64,000 bases of DNA, from assembly GCF_006345805.1 (NCBI RefSeq), contig NC_043006.1, forward strand, positions 27,466,001 through 27,530,000. Reading direction: 5' to 3'. A program made the position numbers and the translations under genes. The notes under the pieces were generated by a model. It saw only the letters and a program-made list of their open reading frames with translations, made no database searches and was not told the origin of the DNA. Below are positions 13,441 through 26,652 of the stretch, piece after piece. The DNA is from Octopus sinensis (Eukaryota). The stretch's first letter is position 1; each line of letters starts with the position of its first letter.

Positions 13441-15718
13441 TCAGTGCTGAATCGGTTGGTGCCGTTTACATGCCACCGGCATGGAAGCCAGTCAAAGCTG
13501 CGCTGGCATCGGCCACATTCAGATGGTGCTTTTTTACATGCCACCGGCACGGATATCACAGCAACAGTTTCCATTTGATTTTTATTTTCATGTTGATGTA
13601 CTTGACTCAATAGGTCTCCTCAAGCACAGCAGGTCACCCTACGATCCAAGGTAAGCACAGCAGGCAGTCCTGCGATCCAAGGTACTTTGGATGGGCTGGG
13701 GCTGCTATATGGAGCTGGTGCAGGAAACAGTCATGAACTCACGTTATTTGTCAGGTCTTCGCAGTCACAGTATCTCTCCAGAGGTCTCGGTCTTTCATCA
13801 TTACCACTGTGAGGCCCAACATTCGAAGGTCATGCTTGACCACCTCATCCCATGTCTTCCTGGGTCTACCTCCACCGCGGATTCCTTCAACTGTTTGATA
13901 GTGGCACTTCTTCACACATCTCTCCTCACCCATCCATAGTACATGACCATACCAGCGCAAACGTCTCTCTTGCACACCACATCCGATGCTTCTTATGTCT
14001 AGCATTTCCCTCAGAGTGCTTACACACTGTTGTGTGTGCACACTGACATTACATATCCAACAGATCATGCTAGCTTCATTTCTTTCAAGCTTATGCATGT
14101 CCTCAGCAGTCACAGCCCATGTTTCACTACCGTGAAGCATTGCAGTTCGCATACATGCGTCGTACAATCTACCTTTCACTCTGAGCGAGAGACCCTTTGT
14201 CACCAGTTGGGGTAGAAGCTTTCTAAACTTTGCCCAAGCTATTCGTATTCTAGTGGTGACACTCTCTGAGCATCCACCTCCACTACTAACTTGGTCACCT
14301 AGGTAGCGGAAACAATCAACTACTTCTAGTTTCTCCCGCTGGAGTGTGATGGAATCTGTTTTCTGAGTATGCGGTGCCTATTGCTCCTGTGCATCTGCTG
14401 CACACGAAAGCTATCTTCTCAGTTAATTTTCCTTTGATGTTGCTGCACCTCTTATGCGTCCATAGCTTACACTGGGTACATCTTGTGGAGTTTCTACCTA
14501 CACCTTTTCTACAGATCGAGCAGAGCCACCCACATGAGGGTGTGTGTGATGAGTTTGCCTTCCTACTTACTAGAACTTTGGTCTTTGCTACATTGACTCT
14601 AAGGCCTTTTGATTCTAAACATAGCTTCCACACATGAAATTTCTTTTCTAGTTCCGGTAGTGATTTTGCTATGAGGGCCAGATCATCAGCATAGAAGAGC
14701 TCCCAGGGGCACCCGTCTTGAATTCTTCTGTTATTGCCTGGAGGACTATGATGAATAAAAGGGGACTAAAGGCTGAACCTTGGTGGGCCCCTACTTCTAC
14801 CCAGAATTCTTCACTATACTCGTTGCCAATCCTAACCTTACTAACAGCCTCTCTGTATAGGGCCTGAACAGCCCTTATTAACCATTCGTCAATCTCCAGT
14901 TTCCGCATCACCCACCAGATAAGGGATTGGGGGACCCTGTCAAAGGCTTTCTCTAAGTCCACAAAAGCTAAGTAGAGGGGTTTATCTTTAGCTAGGTATT
15001 TCTCCTGCAGTTGTCAAAACAGGAATATGGCATCAGTGGTGCTTCTATCCAGAACAAAACTGAACTGTATCTCATCTAAGCAAACTCTCTCCCTAATGAG
15101 ATGGGCTATGATTCTCTCCGTGACCTTCATCACCTGATCCAGCAGTTTGATACCCCTGTAGTTATTTCTGTCTAGAGCATCAGCTTTACCCTTGTAGCAG
15201 TTGACTATGGTGCTGCTACGCCAGTCATTGGTGAACTACCTGGTTCACAATGCGGGTGACTAGGCCATAGCCCACACCACCAGTTGTTTTAAACCTCTCA
15301 GCAGTGATACCTGATGGGCCGGGGGCTTTTCCTGGCTTCATACCTTTAATTGCTTTATCTACTAGGGAGCTGTCTATTGGGATAGCTGGTCCCTCTACTG
15401 GGTCAACATTTGGCAGGCTTTCCTCCTCCCATTCATTCTCCACATTCAGCAGTATTTCATAATGGCTTCTCCAAGCCTCTTTCTTTTCAGAAACATTAAA
15501 AGCAAGTGCACCATCATGCATGTAGACGCATTTCTCTCCTGTAACATCACAATTTTCTCTTACACACTGTCTAGCAATCCGAAAAACCTCAGTTCTTTGG
15601 TCCTCACGTCGCTGGACATTGGCAAACTTCTTCTTTTCCGCTTTGCCCTTGGCTATATATACCTGCCACCCAGCCTCCCTTTTGGCTACCTGGTACAGTT
15701 CCCTGCTACCCCCATCCC
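13440..15718 (-). mobile_element. RTE-clade LINE, 5'-truncated and frameshifted
   Basis: RT motifs DLEKAFDRVP, HQGSAFSPLLF, shifted-frame ELLYADDLAL; C-terminal MLHGSETWA and RLRWYGHVL. Confidence 0.92.
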
Positions 15719-15754
15719 TAAAGGAAATTACTGTTTAAATTATATATAATGATA

Positions 15755-16195
15755 GAGATTACTTATATGCACTAAAGGTGTGTTTTTGCCGATGTTTACA
15801 TCTGTATGCTCGCTCTATAACCATGTTTACTAGGGGATTTTTAGAAAAAAATAATGAAAAATAGTTCAGAATTACAGAGAAGACAGAATTCCTTGCTTTT
15901 GTCATAAGGTATCGAGATTGAGAGAATCAACCATTCTAAATTAATAGCTCATTGTGGTCTTTTAGATCCCAAATTAGTTTGCTGAGACTGGTTCTATTAC
16001 GTTTATTTCTATCTCTAAATGTTGAGTAATGGATAGAAATTATTTTAGATAACTCTAACGATGTGCTTCCAAAGTAAAATCGTACTTTATTATGAGTACT
16101 GATTATACACTGGTTGTATAAGAATTTTTAATCTTAGAGTTACTTGACATAAACGTAATTCTGTTGGAATTGACTTCAGATACAATAACCTTGTT
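15755..16195 (-). mobile_element. Penelope-like GIY-YIG endonuclease fragment
   Basis: Minus strand QCIISTHNKVRFYFGSTSLELSK...SLSKLIWDLKDHNE, then PYDKSKEFCLLCNSELF. Confidence 0.75.
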
Positions 16196-16199
16196 ATTA

Positions 16200-17150
16200 A
16201 TAATTCCATACAGGAGACAAATTAAATCCTAATCTGCCACTGCTGTTTCGTCAAGCTATTGTTAGGAATTTTCCAAAGAATTCTAGGTATTACTCTATTA
16301 TCAGTTTACATACGGTTAGGATTGGTTTTTCCAACACAAAAAATCTCTTACAAATTATCTCTTCACATAATAACAAACTGTTAAATATTAACACATTTAC
16401 TAATACTAACATTAATTTAGCTAATACCATCCAGCCCTCTAGAAATATTAATAAAGCAAATAGAGAAATGAGACATGCAACATAAAGAACAATCCCTTCA
16501 TCAGTTGTCCCCTGTTTTATCTACTCCACGTTTCGAAGGCCAGGACAAAACGCAACTTCATTAAAACAGTCCTTCCTGCAAAGTAAATTAAATAAAATTT
16601 GGGATTTTTGCAGAAGGTTAAAGTGGTAACAAAAACAGGACAGTAAAAACAGAGTTAAAAATTTATTTCCCTCTAAATAGAGCTTGTATGACTGAGGCCA
16701 TCATTTATGAAGTCATCATAGACTCTACAACCTCTAAGGACATAGTTTTGTCAAAGAAATATGTGGGTTTCACAGAGTGAAATTTTAAAGCCAGGTTCAA
16801 CAATCACACCTTAAGCTTCAGACACTGGGATAAAAAGAAAACAACTAAATTATCCAGTTATATATGGTCCTTAAAAGAAAAGGATGTCACCTATAAGATT
16901 CACTGGAAGATCTTGGCCAAGTGTAAGCCTTACACCAATGGCAATGGAAAGTGTGGTCTTTGCGATATGGAAAGGTGGCTCATCTGGGAAAGTTCTTTAG
17001 ACCCTGCTACATGTCTAAATTCAAGAACTGAACTTTTTGGGTCATATCCACATATGGCAAAATATTTGTTACGTCTTTGGACCCCCCACCCAAGATCACA
17101 GATAGAACCTGCTTTTTATATTATGTCCACGTATAAGCCTTTCATATGTC
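16200..17150 (+). mobile_element. Penelope-like linker plus GIY-YIG fragment interrupted by a repeat at about 16497-16668
   Basis: VRIGFSNTKNLLQIISSHNNKLL, then PLNRACMTEAIIY...KYVGFTE*NFKARFNNH...LSSYIWSLKEK...CKPYTNGNGKCGLC. Confidence 0.8.
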
Positions 17151-17369
17151 TTAACATTTCTTATATATTTCTTATTGCTTTATATATTTTTCTGTAAATT
17201 GTTGTTCATCTTTTATAATTGTATAACTATATACGCATGTAGTATATATCAAATGTGTATGTGCGTGCTTATATACATGTGTACAAATGATTGTATATAT
17301 ACGAGTGTAACACTCTAACTGTTTACTAGTCAACTTCCTTCATACATATATGCATGTATATACATTTAT

Positions 17370-17654
17370 AATGTGGCTGATGCTGGCACTGCCTGACTGG
17401 CATCCGGGTCGGTGACGCGTAAAAAGCACCAACCAATCGTGGCCATTTACCAGACCCTCTGGCCCGTGCCGGTGGCACGTAAAAAGCACCCACTACACTC
17501 ATGGAGTGGTTGGTGTTAGGAAGGGCATCCAGCTGTAGAAACAATGCCAGATCAGACTGGAGCCTGGCGCAGCCTCCTGGTTTCCCAGACTCCGGTCGAA
17601 CCATCCAACCTATGTTAGCATTGAAAACGGATGTTAAACGATGATGATGACGAT
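17370..17654 (+). mobile_element. RTE-LINE 3' tail
   Basis: gtaaaaagcacc twice, gttaggaagggcatccagc, aaaacggatgttaaacgatgatgatg. Confidence 0.8.
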
Positions 17655-18219
17655 ATCTGCAGGTGTGAATGCGTTTGACAGACAGGAGGGTGTATTTGTG
17701 TACATGCATATATAACTGATACGTGTTTTCAAGTTTAGCAGCCAATGTGAATGTTTTACGGTTTTTTTGCATATGTGTTTTTATTTGTATGTAAGTCTAT
17801 CAGCATATGTGCCTGTGTGTATAGACTACATTTTGTACATCCACGTTTGTATGTGCATGAGCATATAGCGATGTGTATATGAACATAATGGGGCATATAT
17901 TCGTATGTATGTGCATGTAATCATGTATTGTATGCATGTATGTTTACATATGTACAGGCAGATATATATATATGTGTGTGTTTGTATGTATATGTATAAC
18001 CGTGTGTGAGTATGTATAATATATACACACTTGTATGTGTGTGTGTGTGCGTGTACGTGTATGTGCATGTGTACGTCTATGTGTATATGTGTATATATGT
18101 ATATGCGTATATATGTGTATATGTGTGCATATGCAGATTCTATGAACGAAGTTTTACTTTCCCCATGCCTATTGGAGTAATTTCTCTTTATTCAACGGTT
18201 TTTTTCATAGTGTATTTGT

Positions 18220-18294
18220 TTGTCTTAATAACAGATGAGATGCCAGAGCAGACTTCAGCCCTGGCATCTGAAACTCTGAGTTTTATTATGACAA
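18220..18294 (+). ncRNA. Hammerhead motif, same family as 8826-8900, core mutated (CAGAUGA)
   Basis: UUGUCUUAAUAA-CAGAUGA-GAUGCCAG...CUGGCAUC-U-GAAACUCUGAGUU-UUAUUAUGACAA; stems intact, U4 replaced by A. Confidence 0.7.
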
Positions 18295-19285
18295 CCAACT
18301 AATTATCACATATTATATATATATAAACATATTTTATATATATATATATAATAATATATATATCATATATTATATATATATATATCATATATATATATAC
18401 ACATATATATATATATACACACATATATATATCTACATACATATATATATATATATATACATACATATATTATATATACATACATATATATATACATACA
18501 TATCTATATATATATACATACAATATATATATATCATACTATATATATATATACATACATATTATATATACAACATATATCTATATACATACATATATAT
18601 ATATACATACATATATATATATACAACATACATATATATATATACATCATATATATATTATACATACATATATATATATACATACATATATATATATATA
18701 CATACATATATATAATATATATTATACATACATATATATATATATATACATACATATATATATATATACATACATATATATATATACATACATACATATA
18801 TATATATATACATACATACATATATAATATACATACATACATATATATATATACATATCATATATATATATAATACATACATATATATATATATACATAC
18901 ATATATATATATATATATATAATATACATACATATATATACATAATATATATATATATACATACATATATATATATATATATACACATATATATATATAT
19001 ATATACATACATATATATATATATATACATAATATATATATATATATACATACATATATATATATACATACATATATATATAATATATATACACACTTGT
19101 ATGTGTGTGTGTGTGCGTGTACGTGTATGTGCATGTGTACGTCTATGTGTATATGTGTATATATGTATATGCGTATATATGTGTATATGTGTGCATATGC
19201 AGATTCTATGAACGAAGTTTTACTTTCCCCATGCCTATTGGAGTAATTTCTCTTTATTCAACGGTTTTTTTCATAGTGTATTTGT

Positions 19286-19360
19286 TTGTCTTAATAACAG
19301 ATGAGATGCCAGAGCAGACTTCAGCCCTGGCATCTGAAACTCTGAGTTTTATTATGACAA
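19286..19360 (+). ncRNA. Duplicate of the core-mutated hammerhead motif at 18220-18294
   Basis: Identical sequence inside the 325-bp duplication. Confidence 0.7.
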
Positions 19361-19407
19361 CCAACTAATTATCACATATTATATATATATAAACATATTT
19401 TATATAT

Positions 19408-19470
<63 letters not shown>

Positions 19471-20280
19471 TATATATACACACATATATATATACACATA
19501 TATATATATATATACTACATATATATATATATACATACATATATATATACATACATATATATATATACATACATATATATATATATACATACATATATAT
19601 ATATCATACATATATATATATACATACATATATATATATACATACATATATATATATACATACATATATATATATATACATACATATATATATATATACA
19701 TACATATATATATATATACATACATATATATATATACATACATATATATATATATACATACTATATATATATATATATACATACATATATATATATATAC
19801 ATACATATATATATATATACATACATATATATATATACATACATACATATATATATATATACATACATACATATATATATATACATACATACATATATAT
19901 TATATACATATATATATACATATATAATACATATATATATATATACATACAATATTATATATATATATATACATATATATACATACATATATATATATAT
20001 ATACATACATATTATATATATATATACACATATATATATATATATACATACATATTATATATATATACATACATATATATATATATATACATACATATAT
20101 ATATATATATACATACATATATATATATATATACATACATATATATATATACATACATATATATATACATACATATATATATATATATACATACATATAT
20201 ATATATATATACATACATATATATATATATATACATACATATATATATATATATACATACATATATATATATATATACAT

Positions 20281-20630
20281 ACGTGGTGCCAAGGATTCCA
20301 ACATCACCATCAAAATACAGGTCCAGATACTGCAACAGCTTGGGTTTCAGAGGACCACAGCTTTTCAACATCCTCCCTAAATGCCTGAGAGACTTACATG
20401 GTGTGGATGTGGGTTTCTTTAAAACTAAACTGGATCTCTTCTTGTTGGAAGTCCCAGATGAACCTACCTCACGACAGGAGACGCGGATGCGGGCAGCAGC
20501 ATCGAACTCCCTTGTTGATCAAGTGCCACGTATCAGAGGTGGATTCACAAACTAGTGTGGCTCATTCAGCGGTGGTGCCCCAGCATGGCCGCGGCCTTCG
20601 GGCTAAAACATTTTTAAGGATTTAAGGATT
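20281..20630 (+). mobile_element. CR1/L2-type LINE 3' end
   Basis: [18 protein letters not shown]...[16 protein letters not shown], stop at 20555, short 3' UTR, then tttaagga tail repeats. Confidence 0.85.
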
Positions 20631-20641
20631 TATATATATAT

Positions 20642-20674
<33 letters not shown>

Positions 20675-20938
20675 CATACATATATATATATATACATACA
20701 TACATATATATATATATACATACATATATATATATATATACATACATATATATATATTATATACATACTATATATATATATATAACATACATATATATAT
20801 ATATATACCTACATATATATATATATATATACATACATATATATATATATATATACTACATATATAATATATATATACATACATTATATATATATATACT
20901 ACATATATATATATATATACATACATATATATATATAT

Positions 20939-20982
<44 letters not shown>

Positions 20983-21164
20983 TATATATATACACACATA
21001 TATATATATATATATACATACATATATATATATACATACATAGATATATACATATATATATATATATATACATACATATATATATACATACATATATATA
21101 TATACATACATATATATATACATACATATATATTATATATATATACATATATCTATATATCTCT

Positions 21165-21330
21165 AGTTTTGGATGCCGAGGTGGAAATTCACACCACCAT
21201 CTCTTCAGTTATCCGAAACTCAGTTTTATCTTGGCTACCGAATAATTGTGACATATTATTTTACAGATAAATTTCCTCTATTTACATAATATTGAGGTCT
21301 CTTTCTTTCTTTTGTTATCTTACCGTTTTT
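21165..21330. mobile_element. PLE pLTR fragment with an internally inverted hammerhead
   Basis: ataactgaagagat reads on the minus strand while ccgaaactcagttttatcttggctaccgaataattgtgacat reads on the plus strand. Confidence 0.6.
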
Positions 21331-21550
21331 ACCAACATATATCTATATATATATATAATCAAGTTGAGGATCTTAGAACCACATTAGGGATCATATAATC
21401 CAAAAAGTTCCTGTGGTTAGTCACTATCATATAAGGAGACAGTCTCTACTATATGTTAGTGCTTATTGTAGTAATACATATTAATACTGAAAGGAGAAAA
21501 ATGGATGAATGAATAACTTATTTGTATGAATATACATACATATATATAGT

Positions 21551-22575
21551 GGTGTTTCACAAGGCACTTTCTGGGTCCACTATTGTTCATAATGACTCTC
21601 TCATTTTTGCCCTCAGCCACACAGTGATTCACATTCACAAGTTATGCAAATGATACAAAAGTCTCACAGGTGATGCAGAACCCTGAAGACACTGTGCACC
21701 TACAGCATGAGTGAGATGAAAAATACAAGTGAACTATAAGAATAGTATGCAAAATTAAATGCAATAATGGATTAAATACACTAGACCTGGAGGGATTGCA
21801 ATCCCAGAGACACAGTCAGTGCAAGACCTGAGCATTTATATGAGTAATGATGCATCCTTCAATGTGCATGTTGCTATGTTGGCAATGAAATGTAAGCAGC
21901 TTACCAGATAGATTCTTAGAACTTTTAAAACTAGAGATCAGGAAACTATGATTGTCCTCTGGAGGATATTTGTCCGAAGCTGCTTTGACTATTGCTCCCA
22001 GCTATGGTCACCACCCAGTGTAAAATTAGCTGCAGAACTTGAGGCAATCCAACGAAGCTATACAAAGAAGATAGCCTCTCAGCAGCATATAAGCTACTGG
22101 GAAGGACTTAAGAGATTGAGACTCTATTCTCTGAAGTGTAGGTGAGAAAGATCTGGAAGATCCCTGAGGGACTTGTCCCAAACTTTGGCATTGAGAGTTA
22201 CACTAAAGCTAGAACAGGGCGCCACTGCATAGCGTCAAAGTCTCCAACTTTTCCATCAAAATATAGGACAAGATATTGTAACCTGGGTTTTAAAAGCCCA
22301 CAACTCTCCAACATCCTCCTGAAGGACCTAGGAGACCTACATGGGGTGGATGTAGATGTCTTAAAAACAAAACTACATCACTTACTGTCAAGATGAACTA
22401 ACTTTACAGCAGGAAGTGCAAATGAGGGCAGTGACATCAAACTCCCTCATGCACCAAATGTCGAGTTCTAAAAAGAATCAGTAAAATAAAAATTTTGTAA
22501 CAACACCAAGTGGTGGTGACCAAGCATGGCCATAGCTCGTGAGCTGAAACTAGTTCAATTCAATTCATTCAATTC
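21551..22575 (+). mobile_element. CR1/L2-type LINE, RT C-terminal half and 3' UTR, decayed
   Basis: GVSQGT..GPLLF, SYANDTK (YADD), FVRSCFDYCSQLWSP, ELEAIQRSYTKKI; (TTCAA)n tail. Confidence 0.85.
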
Positions 22576-22595
22576 ACACACACACACACACATAT

Positions 22596-22640
<45 letters not shown>

Positions 22641-22890
22641 ATATAATATATATATATATAGATAGATAGATATTCATATATATACATTCATGTATATATA
22701 TTCACCTATTCATATACATATATTCACATATATATTCATATATATATACAAATATATTCATGTATATATATTCACATACATCCGAATATATTCATGTACA
22801 CACACACACTGATATATGTTCATCTATCTATGTCTGTAATATATTTAGCTCTAAATCTTGTCTCGTGTTTAAGCACTAAATCACGGAGTC

Positions 22891-22957
<67 letters not shown>

Positions 22958-22961
22958 ATAT

Positions 22962-23018
<57 letters not shown>

Positions 23019-23067
23019 AATGTGTGCATCGTGAGAAGAATGGCGAAAGAATGTCAGTCATACTTAC

Positions 23068-23284
23068 AACGGATACCTTTCATCACTTTCCCGCAGAATC
23101 CTACTGGTGGTTTAGGAGATTCCTTTTTTTCATTGAATTTACTGCCGTACATACCCGGTTCCATACCGTATGATTGAGAAACAATGCCATTACTATCATT
23201 AGATGTGGGAACTAAACCCATATCGTCATTACTTTGCCATGCTTTGCGAGATTGGGCACTAGCAGGGCGGCTGTTCCCTGACAT
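23068..23284 (-). CDS. PKD2L1: First coding exon of a probable polycystin-2 family (PKD2/PKD2L1-like, TRPP) channel gene
   Basis: ACC-ATG at 23284, 72 codons MSGNSRPASAQSRKAW...PVGFCGKVMKGIR plus 1 nt, then GTAAGT donor at 23067. From recall, human PKD2L1 exon 1 ends CCLHICQGIR|G and PKD2 exon 1 ends RGLR|G with a phase-1 intron at this point. No downstream exon found, so identity is not confirmed by a domain. Confidence 0.6.
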
Positions 23285-25667
23285 GGTCAATGTGATAACT
23301 GATCCACGGAAACGTACGTCTTGTATACGTTAATGTTGTTGGTGAGCTTGGAGGTGCTATGATGAAACCAGTATAGAACTGTTGGAACTTTTTGCACTGT
23401 GAATGGAACTGGACAGTTAATGACAAATCGGTTATTAATCTCCGACTATAAAAAGACTGTTTTTTTTCCTTAATGTTTACGAAGTCAGTAGCGGTCAGGC
23501 AGGCTTGGTAGGAGGATGGTTAGATGAAGATAGATAAGCGTGTGTTGTTGGAATGAGTGGGTTATTTTGATTAAAGAAGGTGGATATCAATAAGCTGTCA
23601 TGAAATAACGATTAGCTGTTGAAGGATGAGTGAGAGGGAAAGAGTGACATATAGTACAGAAACAGTGAGAGAGAGAGATGTGTGAGAAAGAGAGGATTTT
23701 GAGGGGATGAGGATACAAAGTGTGTATGTTTGTACTTGTTTCATTAGAAGTCTAGTTCATTATTTTCCTATTAGTTTAGATAACTTTACTAAAGTTCAAT
23801 TAAGTTTATTTATACATGCATAAATTTAAATATCGATGTAAATAATCTAAGTTGTATCAGTGCCAAGTTTGTTACAGTTGCCTGCTTCACATTTGTGTTC
23901 CTGCTATAATTATTTCAGTTGTTTTAGTTGGCTGCTAAAACAAAAACAGAATTAACTTAACCAAAAGAGGAACAGATATAGATAGAGAGAGTGGAATGTA
24001 GACATGTAAAGATACTGAGAAGTTTGTAGTAGTTGTTACTGTTGTTATTTGAAAGTTATTGCTGTTGTTACTAATGTTCCAAAAATGACGTGAACGGATC
24101 AACAGAACAAAAATATAATAGAAGTAGAAAGAAATGAAAACAAAGTTGAAGTGATGGTGGAAGTGGTTCGTAGTGATGAGACAGCGAACAGCGTTAACAA
24201 TATTGGGGAAGGTGGGGATCAGAAAAAGCTTTGGGTGACATTGATGGGACTGTTGTTGACGGTGATGATGGTAGTGATTGTAAAAAAAAGTAATGATGGG
24301 AAATAAAAAAAGAAAAAGAGTGAGAATGAAATCAATATTATAAACTTGAGTGTGTGGCTACAGATGAAAAGAGTAAATTATAATTGGTCAAGCAGCATCT
24401 TCCCTTCATGTGCTGTAGTGACAGGGCGGTCTTGTTTCTTAACAAGTCACTCCTTCCTTCAGTAATCCACAATTCATCAAATGACGGTTCCTGGGGAACA
24501 AACATAACATTCACTATTGATTTACAAACTCTTCGATATTGATTTGTACAGGACAGGACAAGCCTGGTCTAGTTCTTTTCCTGTTTGTTTGTTTAACAGC
24601 AAAAATGAAAAAGACATGGAAACATAGCAACCGAACTTCATCGGTTATGGCAGAAGTCTCTTATTACCACCAACAAGTGAACTTTTACAGCTTCCGTCTG
24701 GCTGCCAGTAAAACAAGGCCTAGAATTTGGTGCAGAAACGAAGCCTGTTCTTCCTCTCTTTTTTCAAAGTTTTGAAGAACTAGGCCTGCTTTTCTTTTAA
24801 CATTTCGAACTTAACAAGAAATACCAACAAGAAGATAAGAAGTAGTAGGAGGAAAACTTTTTTCTAAAAGTGACGGATGTTTAAAGGAAAATATAAATTA
24901 GTATAAATAATCATTAGATCAAAGTAAAAAAAAAATGATAGAGTTCAAGAAACCAGGACATGTATAAAAAAATAAATTTAAAATTTTGTTGTTTATTTTT
25001 AGCTCAGCCCTCATTGAGCAGTGCGTTCCAAAGGCTTTCCACCCATAACCATCCAGTTTGATTTTAGAAATAGTGTACCTGGCGTTACATTATTCAATAT
25101 GCCTCTTCCTTTTCAAAGGCGGCGGCGTGTGATTTAAGGGAGATTTAGATGCTTTTTGTTGCAAGTCCAATAGCCTCACTTTCATGAATGAGTGTTGATA
25201 GTGTTGTTTCAAATGTCCAAAGGATCTTTGTCGGATGCACCGATCCATATCTAAAAATTAGATTTATTTGAGATACTTCCTGTTTTTTCTGCTGCACTAA
25301 TGTAGATTCTAACATATGTAATATAGTGAGGTGAAAAACTTAGATTAACTGACATTATTCAAGCTATTAGTAGATAAATACTCTCTCTATGCGGTGTTTA
25401 AACACCAAAAACAAAAGAAATAAAACAAGTAAGGTTAACTGACCGAAATTTGGGGACAATATAAACACTAAAACTTGATGTGAATCTGGTCTTTTATGTT
25501 AACAAGTGAAAGCGATGGACAGGTTTCGAGCTTATTTGACCTCTTCAGCGAAGCATATTCACTTCAGTTGGCAAGACTATGATTGATTAATGTATACACA
25601 CACATGCACATACGCACACACACATATATATACATATAATACATACATACATACATACATACATACA

Positions 25668-25752
<85 letters not shown>

Positions 25753-26141
25753 ATATATGGATAACATATACACATGTGTGCATACATGCGTGAGTGTATG
25801 TGTGTGTGTGCAGAAAAGCATAAATTTCACAGATAGCTTATTAGTTAATTACTTTTAACACCTGTCTCGTTAGGAGTAAACATCTTTACTTCATAATCAA
25901 GTAGTTAAGATGTATGATTAATTAACGTAAGTTAATTTAAATTGAATTCATTTAAAGCAATGTTTATCCCAAATCATCAGGAATATTACAGTTATGCCAA
26001 TCATAGACAATTGCTAAAAAAACGGAATGCTTTGTGACAATTAGGAACAACGTCAAATGAGAAGTGGGGATAATCTCAAGAATTTAAAATTATCCAAATG
26101 AATTTTCTCTTGAAGAGAAGATACTCTTTTTGTATATGTTT

Positions 26142-26365
26142 CTTTATTACCCACAATGGGCTAAACAGAGGGGACAAACAAGGACAGACAAACGGATTAA
26201 GTCGATTACATCGACCTCAGTGCGTAACTAGTACTTAATTTATCGACCCGAAAGGATGAAAGGCAAAGTCGACCTCGGCGGAATTTGAACTCAGAACGTA
26301 ACGGCAGACGAAATACGGCTACGCATTTCGCCCGGCGTGCTAACGTTTCTGCCAGCTCGCCGCCC
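26142..26365 (-). mobile_element. tRNA-derived SINE (MetaSINE-like), young
   Basis: Head ggcggcgagctggcagaa, B box gagttcaaattcc; 20-bp TSD tactctttttgtatatgttt at 26122-26141 and 26366-26385. Confidence 0.9.
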
Positions 26366-26425
26366 TACTCTTTTTGTATATGTTTAACTAACTCGTCTAC
26401 TGGAGTCATGGTAAGACAACAGCTA

Positions 26426-26652
26426 GGCGAGCTGGCAGAACCGTTAGCACGCCGGGCGAAATGCGTAGCCGTATTTCGTCTGCCTTTACGTTCTGAGTTC
26501 AAATTCCGCCGAGGTCGACTTTGCCTTTCATCCTTTCGGGGTCGATGAATTAAGTACCAGTTACGCACTGAGGTCGATGTAATCGACTTAATCCCTTTGT
26601 CTGTCTTTGTTTGTCCCCTCTGTGTTTAGCCCCTTGTGGGTAATAAAGAAAT
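26426..26652 (+). mobile_element. tRNA-derived SINE (MetaSINE-like), head-to-head with 26142-26365
   Basis: ggcgagctggcagaaccgttagc...gtcgactttgcctttcatcctttcggggtcgat...gtgggtaataaagaaa. Confidence 0.9.

Larger units (their letters stand above)
18021..19411 (+). repeat. Direct duplication of about 325 bp (18021-18345 and 19087-19411)
   Basis: Unique-sequence portions appear identical, offset 1066 bp, separated by TA/TACA microsatellite. Confidence 0.9.
18300..21155. repeat. Compound (TA)n/(TACA)n microsatellite block of about 2.8 kb
   Basis: Continuous simple repeat, interrupted by the duplicate at 19087-19411 and the LINE fragment at 20281-20630. Confidence 0.95.

Noticed and set aside
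16510-16570. ATGAAG...CGAAACGT on the minus strand suggestive of a hammerhead
   Set aside because: No CUGA core and no consistent stems in this copy or in the 8470-8520 copy
18534-21148. Many 60-160 aa ORFs such as MYVCIYIY
   Set aside because: Translations of TA/TACA microsatellites, which lack stop codons; the same applies to ORFs near 11800, 25600, 26900, 37460, 46900, 50700 and 62200
21440-21500. Strong minus-strand acceptor followed by MYYYNK, resembling PKD2 YYYTK
   Set aside because: Stop follows within a few codons, and no exon 2 lies between it and exon 1
26285-26568. Overlapping ORFs on both strands with near-identical N-termini
   Set aside because: A by-product of the inverted SINE pair; no coding signal
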